Assembly: GCF_009914755.1 (NCBI RefSeq)
Contig: NC_060944.1
DNA: 64,000 bases
Direction: 5' to 3' (one strand)
Origin: the human T2T-CHM13v2.0 reference genome, Homo sapiens
The notes beneath the pieces were generated by a model that worked only from the letters and a program-made list of their open reading frames with translations, was not told where the DNA came from and made no database searches. How positions within the stretch are numbered: position 1 is the stretch's first letter; each line of letters begins with the position of its first letter. The translations under genes were made by a program, and so were the position numbers. Shown piece after piece: positions 1 through 14,789 of the stretch.

Positions 1-474
1 GTTGATTAGAATGGAGGGAGACTGAGGTAGGGAGGCAGTAGGCATCATGGAAGAGAAGGATGATGTGTGCTGGTGCAAGCTCAGTCATGGAGAGGATGGA
101 AATTTGAGATCCGTGCATCAGCAATTTTGAGAGCCAAGTTAGAATCAATGGGACTCGATGAGTAATTGAATAGACGGGGTGGAGGAAAAGGAGATTCAAA
201 GATTGATTCCTGGCTGAAGCTCAAGGACAGAAAGCAGGACAGTATAGTGAGTGATGAAGATTGAGTGCTCAGGAATCCATCCTGGGCTTATATCTCAGCT
301 GTCACTTCCTACAGGAAATAGCTTAAACTTCTCCTCATCTACAAAGGAAAATAATAATGGCATCTTCCTAGGAGGATAAAAATATGGCATAAATGAGTTA
401 ATCTATGTGAATACTAATCACAGGGACTGACACATAAGAAACATCATAGCTCACATGTTTGTGAATCTTGATGA

Positions 475-825
<351 letters not shown>

Positions 826-3261
826 TAATTCTGAAATTGTTTATAGATTAACTTGTAGTTATAATATCTGTAAAGTAGTAGTCCTCAAGGAGGACCTGTA
901 GTCTTTTCTGTCCTTAAGGTTCTGCAATTACATGAAAGTTTCTTATGTTTACCTCTTTGAATATTTAATATATCTAATTTTTTCTCAAAAATATGGGCCG
1001 AGTAGACAAAAGTCTGTCAATATACTCTTATCTGTTTCCTGGCTGTAAGAAAACATATGTACTCTATTTTTCTATCTATAATATGAACTTAAAAAAAGCA
1101 ACCAATTGCCAAAACACTGTTATTATTGAAAAAAAATTAAATATTACTGGAGGTGGCAGGGACTGTGGGTTGAAGTTAAGGGAAATAAAAAGAACTCCTC
1201 ATGGACAGAATTTTGTGAAGGTGAAATTCAGAAAACTAGTTACAGATATTCAAAATGGTATTGATCAATATGACAAATGCTGAAAGATGATTTGGAATTT
1301 CAATCTGGTTGGAGAGCTGCTTGTCAATTAGGCTGTCATAAGGATTCCTGTGTGGCTTGGCCTCTTTAAAATTCTTCAAAAGAATTACATAGTCTCCTGG
1401 ATGAAAAATATATCACTGGACTCCTACCTATCAAGCAGTGTCCAGCTCTCCAGAGCTTAGGTCAGATAGCTTGATGCTCAGTGCTATCTGAAGCAGATGT
1501 GATGGAGGCTTTGTGAGCATCCTTCAGAAAGCATTTGCTGCAGGAAAACGGGAAAGTTGATTCAGAGGTTGATCATGGTGTGCCTGAAGTGGAACTTAAG
1601 CAAATTGTTGAAAAATTTCAAAAATCACTGACCACACTCAAATACTTAATCAGGAAAGAATTGCAGTTTACTGAGACCCCAGGTAGAAAATTCAAATGCA
1701 GACTGAGAAACACATGGGAGAAAGTCTGTGGCAATTACGTTTCACATATGTTGAGTTATGTAAACTTACAAACATTTGGGATTGAGAACTAGTGTTATCT
1801 ATAAAATATTTTCTCTTAGGTGGCACATTGATTGCATTATTTTTACAAATCTCACATCATCTTTAGCAAAGTATTCTGCATTTGGAAAACTTTCTAATAT
1901 AATGTTCTAATATTTTCTAGAGTTAAAAGATGTTTTTGGATTTTTTTTTCGTTTTGAAATGCAATTCATACACCTATTTTATAAATAAAGTAGTGGTGAC
2001 ACAAATGTATTCAATGTTAACAAATGTTCTCTAAGAATGAGATGAAGAAATTATCAGTAGCAAGTCCAAATTTGAGAGAAAATGAATCACTCTGAAACAA
2101 AATCATTTGGGGCCTTACTCATACAATATAATAATATCAAACATACGTAAAATGTTATATTTTCATATGGATCCTTGAATTATGGAGGATTCTTCAGTGG
2201 CTTTAATATCAGGGAACCAGATTAACTCAGATTTGATTCAGCCAGTCCAAATAAGGCAAAACCCAAATGCTTCTGAAACTATTTGACAGACAAATTAGTA
2301 TCAGAAACTCAAGATATGAGGAGAAAAGCTATGTGCAACAAGCACTGTGAACATTTAACTTTTCACGTTCTGCATAGATGAATCCACAGTAAACTAGAAT
2401 AACCATTACAAAGTTAAGTAGTTTGTTTTAATGAGCTATGTCTACTTAGGGAAAGTTAATGTAAGACCTCTACCAAGGATCCAATTCAAACAAGCAGCAC
2501 TCTCCTTTCTTTCCCTTTTATCTGAAATATCCATGTAATTTTTATTTGGTCTTGAGTTTGTTTCTTCATTATATTTTGACTGTATAGGTAAGACCTAAAA
2601 GAAACAATTAGAGGTGGCATAACTGAAATTAATATGGAAATACACACATGCATAACAGCCAGGAAAGTAAATTAACTGATCCTTTTGAGCACTTGAAGAC
2701 AATTCATATAACATCTAATTTGAAAATATTATAGGTAACAGGATTTGCACACTCCATTTAAAAAATAAATCTAATCTTAGCAAGAAATTCCACCAATAAA
2801 AAACAAATATAAAAGAAAACTCCAGTAAATGAAGACACTTGTGTTTCTGGGAAGGATGGCTAAACTGGGTAATGGGACCCAATTCTTCTCAAATTAGATA
2901 ACTTACTTAATGCAATTTAAGGTTTGTTTTTGAGGACTTTTAGAAAATAATTCTAAAGTTCACCTGAGAAAGAGAAAAAGCAAATATTTTAAAGCCAGTC
3001 ATAGGAGATCACCTATTAAATAAAATGTAAAAGCATGCGTTAAAGCTATAGTATTTAAAACAGAATGATTAAGGTATAAAAAGAACCAAATAAATGTAGC
3101 AGAATAGATAGCCTCCAAACAGATTTGATAAGAGAAGCATCACAGATCAATAGGTAAAAGGCAAGTAATTTAATACATGTTTTGAGAAAGTTGGCAAGCT
3201 CTTTGGTGGAAAGCATAGTTTTTCCTTCTCTGCCAAAATCCTATGTACATTTTATAAGAAT

Positions 3262-3420
3262 AATACAATGGACTTTGCAGACTTGGGCGAAAGAGTGGGA
3301 ATGGGGTGAGGGATTGGGTACAGTGTCTACTGCTCGGGTAATGGGTGCACCAAAATCACTAAAGAACTTATTCATGTAACTAAATACCACCTGTTCCCCA
3401 AAAATCTATGGAAATAAGAA
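3262..3420 (+). mobile_element. L1PB-like 3' UTR fragment
   Basis: gggtacagtgtctactgctcgggtaatgggtgcaccaaaatc...ccacctgttcccc...aaataa, typical L1PB 3' end. Confidence 0.65.
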
Positions 3421-3430
3421 AACATCCTAT

Positions 3431-3932
3431 GGGCTGAGCACAGTGGCTCACACCTGTAATCCCAGCACTTTGGGAGGCCGAGGTGGGCAGATCACGAGGT
3501 CAGGAGTTCGAGATCAGCCTAACCAAACCGGTGAAACCCTGTCTCTACTGAAAATACAAAAGTAGCTGGGCCTGGTGACATGCGCCTCCGCCTCCCGAGT
3601 TCAAGTGATTCTCCTGCCTCAGCCTCCCAAGTAGCTAGAATTACAGGTGTGCACCACCATGCCCAGCTAATTTGTGTATTTTTAGTAGAGATGGCGTTTC
3701 ACCATGTTGGCCAGGCTGGTCTCAAACTCCTGACCTCAGGTGATCCACCCGCCTCAGCCTCCCTCTACTAAAAATACAAAAATGTGGTGAGCATCTGTAA
3801 TCCTAGCTACTCAGGAGGCTGAGGCAGGAGAATCAGTTGAACCCAGGAGGCGGAGGTTTCAGTGAGCTGAGATGGTGCCACTGCACTCCAGCATGGGCAA
3901 CAGAGCGAGACTCCATCACAAAAGAAAAAAAA
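3431..3932 (+). mobile_element. Rearranged Alu: forward arm, internal inverted Alu segment, forward arm with poly(A)
   Basis: Forward 3431-3587, reverse 3585-3763, forward 3763-3932. Confidence 0.9.
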
Positions 3933-4122
3933 ATTCTATGTAAATTTTAGATACATTTAAGATTAAATGTATAAAAAGTAATAATATTTGGGAAAAAAAT
4001 GATAAATATTTAACCAATCTCTAGAAGAGGAGAAACTCTCTAAGCATAAAACTAATGAAAATAACCACAAAGAAAAAGATCAGCATTTTTGAGTTTATAA
4101 ACTTTTATTTCTGTAAATACTA

Positions 4123-4593
<471 letters not shown>

Positions 4594-5901
4594 TTATAAA
4601 ATTAGAAAAGATTGAAAATTGATGATGCCACTGAGGATGTGTTGGGGCTGGGGCTCTCATCATGGCTGGTGGGAATGCGAATTGGTACAGCCAACCTGGA
4701 AGAGGATTTGGCAGTTTGGACCAAGGGCAGGAAAATGTTTATTATAGCCTTGGACCTGGTAATTCCTCTTTAGGGGTGTATACTGAGAAATAATCAGAAA
4801 TGAAGTCAGAAATACAGAGTTGTTCACAGCAGTGTTACATTATTTTCATATCAGCAAGTTCCATTATGTAGTTCATTAGAAATACAATATAATTTTTGTG
4901 TTTTACCAAATATCAAATTTTTAAAAATTGAAATTGTAATTGTTTGCAAATTTTACAACCATTCACATAGTGCCAGTTAACATTTAAAAGTTTTCATGTG
5001 CCCATTCATACTTATTTGGATTCTATTCAGTAAGTTAACTATATAAGGTGTATTTAAGTCTAGACTAAAAATAATTCTTATCATTAAAGACAAAGGCATA
5101 CCCAGGTATCAACTTTAGTAAATCATGGGTTTAAAAAAATATTTAATGAAATTTAAGGGTATGTATGATCTCATTGTGATTCACTTTTAAAAAGTTATAT
5201 TTCCTTTTTTCCCTTCCTCTGGATTTTCTCTTTAACCACAGATAGAGGAAGTTATGAAGGGAGAATAGATACCCCAGCTCCATTCTCTACCTGCTCCCTT
5301 ATCTCCCAGCTGGAAGCCAGAGGTGCACAGGGGCCCAGAGCACATGGCACAGAGAGGTCAGACTCCCAGGGCACAGAGCAGAGCAGGGTAGAGAAGGGTG
5401 GAAAATGGGCCTAGGGGAGGGGCACACAGAAACTCACCAGCCTGAAGATGAATGAAAACGGCTGCTTATTCCCTGTGGACAAACACAGTTACTGTTCCTT
5501 GCTGCTCAGCTGCACAGGCTCAAACTGTGCTTCTGATCATTCACGGCAGAAAGATAATCTTTGTCTGTGACCTCTAAACTCCTGGGCTCCTTCTCCATTT
5601 CTCTCCATTGGAAAGGAAACCCATGTGTCAGCCACAAAAGAGACCATATTTGTCTTTCAGAAGGAAGTGCTAATCCATAGTGCTTAAGGGAGTAAGCTCT
5701 GACAAGTCTCAAAAATTGTCATCTAATAGCTCATTAATGAGCTTTAATAATGATTATAAGTTGCTTGAAAAGTTCTAATCAGAAAGAGAAAATAACATGA
5801 AATTACCGATCAATACATGCGCCTGCTCCCAGAAATAACTGCAAGTCTTATTTAATGTAAAGTCACAATGGTAGTGGAAAACAGAAAAATATCAGAGGTA
5901 A

Positions 5902-6415
5902 TGAGTGGCAGATTGCACTGGCCACAATATCTCCCTTCCTGCATGCCACAGTGTGATTTTGACGTTCCTCCTACCCAATGGTAAGGTGTAGATCTTCCAC
6001 TTAACCTGGATAGATTTCTGTGAGTCAACCAATAGAGATAGTATAACGGATGTTACATGATGTCTGAGAAGTCATAAAAATGTCACACACTTCTGCTTTG
6101 TTCTCTTGGAGAGAACAGAGTCTCCATGTTGTGAGGAAGCCCAAGCAGCCTGTGGAGAGGACCCAAGACCACTGGTCCACATCTTCAGTTGAGCTCTTAA
6201 CTGATAACCTCTACCATGCTACCAACCATATGAATGAACCATCTAAGAACAGATCCCCAGTACTCAGTTGCACCTTCCCAGGTGATGCCACGTGGAGCAG
6301 AGATGACCTGTTTCCGTCCAACCCCAGATCACTGCAGATTTCTGAGCAAAAAAATAATTGTTACTGTTTTAAGCCATCAAGTTTGAAATGGTTTGTATGT
6401 AGTAAATGGACCAAT
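5902..6415. mobile_element. MaLR LTR (MLT1H-like)
   Basis: ccatgttgtgaggaagcccaagcagcc...tgttttaagcca...tttg...tggtttgt motifs. Confidence 0.6.
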
Positions 6416-6648
6416 GATGAATCCTTGAAAAGTGGAAGACAAATGAAATTGAGCGAAAGAAGAAACTATCCCAAGATATTCCTAGGGAGGCCTATTACAG
6501 AATGGTTGCACCTGTTCAGTGAGTCCTGGGAAGGACTATTTCTGGTTAGAACTGGAGGCAGCCTGGCCAACCTGTCCCTACTTCTATGAGGTGTCGGGCA
6601 GCAAAACAGAGAAAAGGGAATGATGAAAATAACTAATAATTTAAAAAG

Positions 6649-6990
<342 letters not shown>

Positions 6991-7527
6991 AGAACCTAGA
7001 AGAGTAGTTCAATGAAATTCAAAGCTGATTCTTCGAAATATTAATAAAATAGAATTGTGGTTATAAAACAGAGATCTGTTGCAATGAGGAAAGATATATA
7101 ATTACAGATGAAGAGACTTATAAAAGATACAGCTACAGATGACTTATAAAACATTGATGTGGGCAATTTTGTAACAATAAATAAAAAACCGTAGATGAAG
7201 TAAATATTTTCTAAAAAATAGGTATATAGTTGAATGTATTCCTAGCACCATATGCTGCAGACTCTTCTCTGCAGAAATACAGAGAAGAGAGAAATAAGTT
7301 TAAAAAAGTATCAAGAAGGGAACAAATGCAGAGTGTGACCCAGTATTTGCAACAAATCGGTAACTGGAAAAGAAGCGGGTGAAGATTATCCTACATGAAA
7401 GGCATAGATACATGGCAACTATAAGGAAGAGTTGGCTCTTTTTTGAATCCTGATTTGAACAATAAAGCGTAGAAATAAAATTTTGAAACAATAGGGGAAA
7501 TACAATTAAGGACTGAGTACCAAATAA

Positions 7528-7678
7528 CAGAGCTGGTCCTGGGGTGAGGCACACGAGGTGCCTTGGGGTACAAACTTTAAGGAGGCACTGACCCTGCATT
7601 AGCACAGCCGAGAGAGCAATGCTTCCTTCATTTTCATGCCCTAGGTGCCTTGCTTACTTCACCTGAGTCTCATACCTG
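7528..7678. mobile_element. hAT MITE (MER96-like) inside an old L1M remnant
   Basis: cagagctggtcctggggtgaggc...gcttacttcacctgagtctcatacctg with imperfect terminal inverted repeats. Confidence 0.45.
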
Positions 7679-8259
7679 TCAAGTATTATACCTTTTTTTT
7701 GAGGTTTAATAATGGCATTGTGATTACATAACAAAATATTTGCATTTTTTTAGAGATGTGTATTACATCATGGAGAGGTGAAATGACGTGTCTGGGATTT
7801 GCTTTAAAACAGTTCAGCAAGAAAAAGGGATAGATGAAGCAAATGTGGCAGCATCTAGGTAACTGTGGAAATTGCATAATGAGTGTTTGGGGATTTGTTA
7901 TATATTCTTTTGAATGGTTGAAAATTTTCATAATAAACTTTGTTTTAAACTGGGTAACAGCATGACAACATAAATAATGGCATCACCGAAATGGACATAT
8001 TTGCTGATCTCCCAAATTTTCCTGTCCACTGGTATCCTTTATTCTTGGCCTGCCATCCTCTTCCCAGGATGAAATGCAGACAATGTGCCCCTCCATGACT
8101 GGTGTACAATGCTAGGAAATTCAAGGCATCACTGCCCTGGGTCTCCCCTTGGTAACCTGGACAAGGATGGGAGACACTGTGGATATGTACTTTACCTGAA
8201 ACTTTAGAAAGATAAAAGGAGTCACTTGAGGCCTCCCAAAGGAAACTGGGAGTTGAAGT

Positions 8260-8460
8260 GGGCGTAAGGGATGTAGGGTCAGATCTCGGTTCAAATCCCA
8301 ACTCTGCCGTCAGCAAAGTACTGAACTTTTCTGAGCCCTGGTTTCTTTGGCTGTGAAAACAGGAATGTTAATATTTATCCTAAAAGGATTGATGTGGGAA
8401 TTAAGTGAGATAACGTTTGTGAAAATCCTTAGTACCTTGCCTGGAACATGGAAGCTACTC
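8260..8460. mobile_element. MIR
   Basis: ggttcaaatcccaactctgcc...ctgagccctggtttc...ctgtgaaaacaggaat...attaagtgagataa core. Confidence 0.7.
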
Positions 8461-11400
8461 TGTTTCTTCCCTCTTTCCTTGAAGGAGAGATGTCTTTGGC
8501 ATCTTTAGGCTGCAGTTGTGCATTATGGATGGGAGAATTCTGTTTTTTGGGGACATAACAGCTGTTACCCCTGTTCTTACTCAACTATAGTCTGAATGAC
8601 TGAGTTTTGCTCTTGAAGACCCTCTGTGTCAAAATGCCACTGTGGAGATTTTTTTTCTGGGAGGATTCTGACTGTGTTTTCAACCACTCAGAGACCACAG
8701 CTGTTGAGTTCCACTTTCCCTTCCCTGTCCCCCAGTACTGGGCCCCTCACCCTGAGGTTGCTGCTCTCCCAGACCACATTCTCACATTGCCTGATTCTAT
8801 GACCAAACCAGATGAGTCTACCAGATGAAAAATCACTTTGCCAGTGTCTGAATTTTCCTCTCCAGATCTTCCAGAAGTCTTGCTGAGGCCTCTGACCTTT
8901 GCATGAACACCTGGTGGCTTGTGAGAGACCCAAGGCATTCTGATGTGTAGCCCAGCTTGAGACTTAGAATCTGTTTTCTCCAGCCATTGATTCTAGGGCA
9001 ACAAAGAAGTTCCTGCTCAACATTCCGTTTCATGTATGTAGAAAAATATGGACACATACACAAAATATACGTATTAATGTTTGAGGTTTTGGATTTAATA
9101 GCAATAGGAGTCCATAAGCAGGAGATGTCAGGAATGGCTTCAAGGAGGAGGTGAAGGGGAGTTTTGGAGGTTGAACAAAATTTAGATAAAGGAAGAGAAG
9201 GAAAGATGAAAGGCATTCACAAGCTTGACTCCCATCCAGCACCCTGTTAGATTTTCTTTATAATTTGCCACTGGAAACCTCCAGAAAAGTTATCAGATGA
9301 GTTTGTTTTAGAGTAAGTAAGCTGGAAAAAAAAGATAATATTGGAAAACTCAGACCATAGTTCAGTATCATTTCTGAGTGTTTGTGAGGGTAGCAAGTGT
9401 GCAGCCATAGGTAGACTAGACCCATGATGTCCCAAGACAGGGTTCCTCTGTTCTTAACTTGTGCTAAGGTAAACCAAGGATGACGTAAAATTTCTATTAT
9501 TAGTACAGCCTGTATTTTTAATCTTCCTCATCACAATAAGCCAAAAGCCTTACCACACAGTTTGATGTGAAGATTTATTTTTTAGACCAGTGTGTGACTG
9601 AAGTAGCTGGGTGGGCAGTGGGTGGGGGTAAAGGTGACGGAGGATCATTGGAGAAGCTCCTATAGGGAGAGGAGACGAAGCTCAGGTTGGCAGAGCTGCT
9701 GAGGTACACCAGGCCTGGGTGCCCTCTGTGGCCTGAGGATCCCCTCCTCCCTGGAGCCTTCTTTTAGGATTCCATGATGTCAGCTACAGAAAACAGGAGT
9801 TCCCACAGCAGTGGAAGCACCCAGCCAATGACATCAGAATCTGTGGGGTGGACCCAGCATATGCTCTTTTCAAAGCCCTCTGGTTAATCCAATGTGCAGC
9901 TAAGGCTGAGAACATCCACTCTAAACATTTAGACCGTAGTTGCTCTGGGTCCTGACTGCAGATTCAAACCACATTTCTTGAAAAATTATCCTGTCTTTTA
10001 GGCCTATCTCCCAAGACTCTGCTATCGCATGGGGTGGGCCAACCCAGGCATTGGGAATTTAAAAAAACTCCCCAAAATGATTCTAATGAGCAACCAAGGT
10101 TGGGAGCCAATGTCCTAATTTTAAGAAAGCAGCTAACAACTAAAGCCAGAACCTCCCCTCCACACATCACCTAAGAGGTGGCAGAAATAGCTCAACAAAC
10201 ACTCCTACAAGCAGCCTAACTCTCATCTCTTCGTCAGGAGGACACTGGGAGGGGAGAGTGGGCCTTGGAGAAGGAAAAGGTTAGTAGGGTCAGGTTATCC
10301 CCTTCCTCTATATGGAGGGAGTGGGAGTGCTGAGGGGGTCACAGGGGGCTTCCATAGGACTCCAATAGAGAGAGGGCCTGCCAGAAGGGAGAACGATGAC
10401 AGTTCTTAGCAAGGTAGTTCTCCCATGTCAGGGAACTTTAGGAGGTTCTGCTGCTGGATCTCCCCCAAATTATCCACATATCCCAGGAGAGATGATACAT
10501 GGAGTCTGCCTTGTTGTGGGCTTCAGGGCCAGGCACTGTCAGCCAGGGCAGCAATGACTTCAGGGGAGAAAGAATGCCAGCTGCTGCCAGCTGAGGAATG
10601 AGACAAGTTTCTTCCTTCTCTCCTCATCCCAACATCATTTTCCAATCCTGTGTATTCCATTTCCCCACACTCCATGCAGTTGGGGTCTCTGCTGAAGCCC
10701 ACAATGGGGACAGGAGGGAAGAAGATTTCAATGGAATTCTATGGACTGAATTTAATAACCAAAAGCAACTAGAGGAGAAATTCTCTGATAGGCCTAAGAT
10801 GAGGACTAGAACAAGGGACCTGATGTGGCCAAACTGGAAGCAGAGGCTAGAGAAATAGCAGCCAGTTTCTGTCTATTGCCTGCTGAGTAGAGACCATTTA
10901 CTGCATCAGTTACTCACATGTTGTGTCCCTCTACAAGATTCGAAGGTCTTTGAGGGCAGGAATACACCTGATGCTTTTGAAACAACCAAAAGCCAGGCCC
11001 GCACTGGGCATAGAGCAGAGGCAGGTTCTTCCCCACATCCTGGATAATCTTTTCATTCTGCTTGGTCTACTGGTGGCACAGAGGTTTTGTTTTAAACTAA
11101 GGCTTTCTCACCTCATTGTTGGGGGGGGGGATTAATTATAAAATAAAGGTACAGCTCAGGTAAATTGTTTTACACTACATGAGCAATATGGCATTGGCAA
11201 CAATTTTAAAAAGTTTTTGGAAGGTTACATTTGACTTTGAAGCTGGATATCTGTAAGTTCACAGATATTCCCTGACCCCAGCTTGTGGTGCTCCTTGGCA
11301 GCCAGTGATAATGCCTGAGACCCGCATTTTATACTGGCCCTAAAATTCAAGCAGTTTTGGAGGTCTTTATTAATCTCTTAAGTCAACCAACCTCTCTCCA

Positions 11401-12505
11401 CTTAGAATACTGGAAGGATTCCAAAGTGGAAAGGTATTTATTGAGTGTATATTGCAATGACTTACCCTGAAATCACTGTGTTGGGGAATTAATTTACATG
11501 AAACATTGCAGGTCATTTTATTGCTTCAGTTCTCCCATACTACCTTTGTTCCGAGAATCTGGAGGTTCCTTGGGAATAGGATGGAAAGACTTCTGCACCT
11601 TGGCCCCCTAAATCAAGAGGAGAAACAATCTTGCCATTTTAGTGTTAAAATGAGTGCTGATGCAAACATTTACCTTTTTATTTATACTGATAATCTAATG
11701 AATAATCTGAAAATATGGCCAGGGGAGGAGGATTGCCAGGAATGATAAACACATAGTAAAGTAGTTTGATATGCAGGAAACTGCTTCTAAAATACACTAG
11801 CTGGTGCTTACTGAGGGAAACAATTACTCTTCGGATACAACCTGCTTTCGTTCTATAGCCATCTTTTTCTTTCTATTTTTTTTTTTACAAAAATATTTAT
11901 CTTAATGGTATATTTCCCTACAGACTTTTTTCATATTCATATTTTACAAGGATACAAATCATCTATGTTCAATTTTTCATTCCTTTTAAAAATTTAATAT
12001 ATAGCATAAATGTCTTCAAGTTATTATGTAGTATTCATATCTATAATTTTAATGCTAAAATTATTTTGTTAGGTAACTTATAATAATTTATTTAAATATA
12101 ACCTAATATAAGAATTTGAGTTTGCCTCCAATTTTACTATTATAAAAATGCCATTTTTGCTATTATAAAATGTATTTTTATGATGTGCCTTTTTATTATT
12201 TTGAACTTCTTAAGAGCAGGTTCTCAGAAGTGAAGTTTTGGGGCACAATGTTTGAAATCATTTTAATTCTTGACAAAATTGCTGAATTTCTTTCCAAAAT
12301 GACTATACCAATGTACAACTCTCCCATACACAACTTTCTTTTTACGGTCTTATGAAAGCCTTCTTTTATTTACTGAGAAAAAAGTAGAAGCCATTTGTGT
12401 TATCATAGCATGATAAACTCCCCAAAATCTCTCCAAAATGAAAATGAAATTCATGCATATTTTTAGAGAGGAGAAAAGTAGAGAAACATGGTGTTGGACT
12501 ATCAC

Positions 12506-12541
<36 letters not shown>

Positions 12542-13779
12542 TGGGCTTTGTAAAGAATTGGGGCTTAATGTACCTAACAAACGACTAATCTTTTGCCTGA
12601 AAAATAGGCTGAGCTGACCAGATGGTGAGTGGAATGAAATCACTTTCCTACCATTATGGGCAAGATTTCTAACTCTTTGTCACCCACTCTGTTCTTCCTA
12701 GGCAGTAAGTCAATGGGGAGGCTTGCTTATAAACGACAGGAGGCAAAACCCCATCTCCACCCTAATTTCTCATCACTTGTTCAGTACCTATTCATTTAGA
12801 CTTTTGTCTTTAATACGTGTATTTTCCCTTGGCAATACCATAATGTCTTTTTTTTGTCTCTTCACCATAATCATGATGAACAAAAATGTAATGCACATAG
12901 TATTCCTTCATTTGAGTCTTTCTTTTATTCTTTTAATTTCAAACTGCTGTTCTTCCTAAAGGAGGACTGTGTTACAAAAGAATGAAATTTTCCAGACAAT
13001 GTTTGGTACATAATAGTTTTAAGAGGCTTCATGTTTGCAAGAGACAAATTAAGCAGCCTCCCCTAATATGTAGACAACATCTGTTACACAGTCACCATTA
13101 ATGATAACACTGGGATCTCTTTTGTGGCTGATTTTCATCCAGCTGCACCTACCCATAAAAGGCGCCAGCAAAGAGGGCTACACATTTATCTGTCAGTTCA
13201 GAATGACTTTGGAAAATGGCACATAAACCTAAAGCAAATCTTTGTTAACCTCTGAAATCAGAGCCTCCATAAATCACTGCTAAGGACAGCTTATAACCTC
13301 CTCACAGCCAACTCATCATCTCCATTCAGTGTTTGATAAGATGCTCCAAATCTTAGGCTGGTTATACAGAAGAAAGCTACACATCAAGAAACTAAGCCTT
13401 ATGTTTGGTGCCCACCTGTAAAGAAACACACATACCCATTGATCAATTACAAGTTTTTGCTCCAAAGCTTTATTTCAGACAACATTCCCACCTGCACCAA
13501 TGGATCTCTTCCTAAGTAATAAAAACGCTACAAAATCCTTGGTAGGGCTAATTAGCTATGGCTAATCATTTGATTTGATGACTTGTTATTATTTGAAATT
13601 AAACATTAAGATTCTTAAATGAAAACCATTCAGAAAGCTAGGAGAGGGGTTCCACTTTCTTTGCAAGACTGAGCTGTATGAAATCTCTTTCTTACAATTT
13701 GGTTGTGAAATGTATTCTGGTATATTTTCATCTCTGGGTTTCCCTGTGGATATATATCTTATAGTGTAACATGTCAATT

Positions 13780-14290
13780 TACTCATTTAATACCTACTCA
13801 AGTGCCCTCTCTGTTTCAGTCCTGGTGCTAGATGCTGGAGATATGTGAAGGAAAAAATAAATCAAGTCTCTACGCTCAGGTACTTGTATCCACCACAGGC
13901 ATAGAGAAAAAACAAATGGCTCAGATTATAAATAAAGCAAGAGTGATTGAGGGTTGGCATTTTAAATGTGATGTTCAGAGAAGGCCTTTATTTGTACAGA
14001 ATCCTAAATAAAACAATGGAGATAGCAGTGTGAATTGGCAGGAAAAGAGCATCCCAGGCAGAGGGAACAGAATTGCTCAGGCCCCAAACTTGGCAAGTGC
14101 AAGAAACAGCACAGAAGCCTGTCTGGTTGGATGCTGATGCAAGACGGAAAGCAAGTTTGTGAAGGTGGGCAGGGGTCAGGCCTTGGAGGGCCTTGAAGGC
14201 CATAGTAAGGAGTACAGGTTCTACACTATGTGAAGGAATGCTTTAGGAGGTTCTTGAGCAGTGGACTATTGTCTGGCTTATATTCACTTT
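13780..14290. mobile_element. L2 remnant
   Basis: catttaatacctactcaagtgcc...ccaggcagagggaacag...ggccatagtaaggagt. Confidence 0.6.
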
Positions 14291-14649
14291 GGTACAACAC
14301 CAAATTCAACTAAATGCAGTTTTCACGCTAGCTGAAAGATCTCTCTGAGCATAAATCATAATGTAACTCAGCTTCTCCACCTGTTAACAATGGGTTTATG
14401 TATTTCCAAGGTGTTCACAGATGGCTTTCAGAGAGTCCACAGAATGCTTGTAAAATGTATATTTTCGCATATATTTAAAAAATTCAGACCTCACAAAGGC
14501 TAAGAACCACTGATCTAGAGGACCCTAAATTCAGTTAGAGCTGTACTGTTCGAGGATTCTTTAGGTCTTCAACACACCTGGCACTCTTAGCAACTTTTTC
14601 AATGAAGGACCTAATTGTTCATTAACTCATTTTCTTTCTTTATTCTGAA

Positions 14650-14779
14650 CCTATTTATGCCTAGTTTTCCATTATTGGAATGCTAAGCATGTGAGAGTTA
14701 TTTATATTCTTCTGCTCAAGGTCATTGCCAAGGTCTGATTTTTCAAATTCAAAAAATTGCAACCTCAAACATAAACGGG
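14650..14779 (+). mobile_element. MER85 (piggyBac/PGBD3-derived MITE)
   Basis: CCTATTTATGCCTAG...TTCCATTATTGGAA...GCTCAAGGTCATTGCCAAGGTCTGATTTTTCA...CATAAACGGG matches the MER85 consensus; piggyBac TTAA site on the right (14780-14783), degenerate TGAA on the left. Confidence 0.88.
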
Positions 14780-14789
14780 TTAATCACAT

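Noticed and set aside
993-1792. Two Lys-rich ORFs, possibly a decayed DNA-transposon or pseudogene fragment
   Set aside because: No family recognisable by eye; would need a Dfam/tBLASTn search
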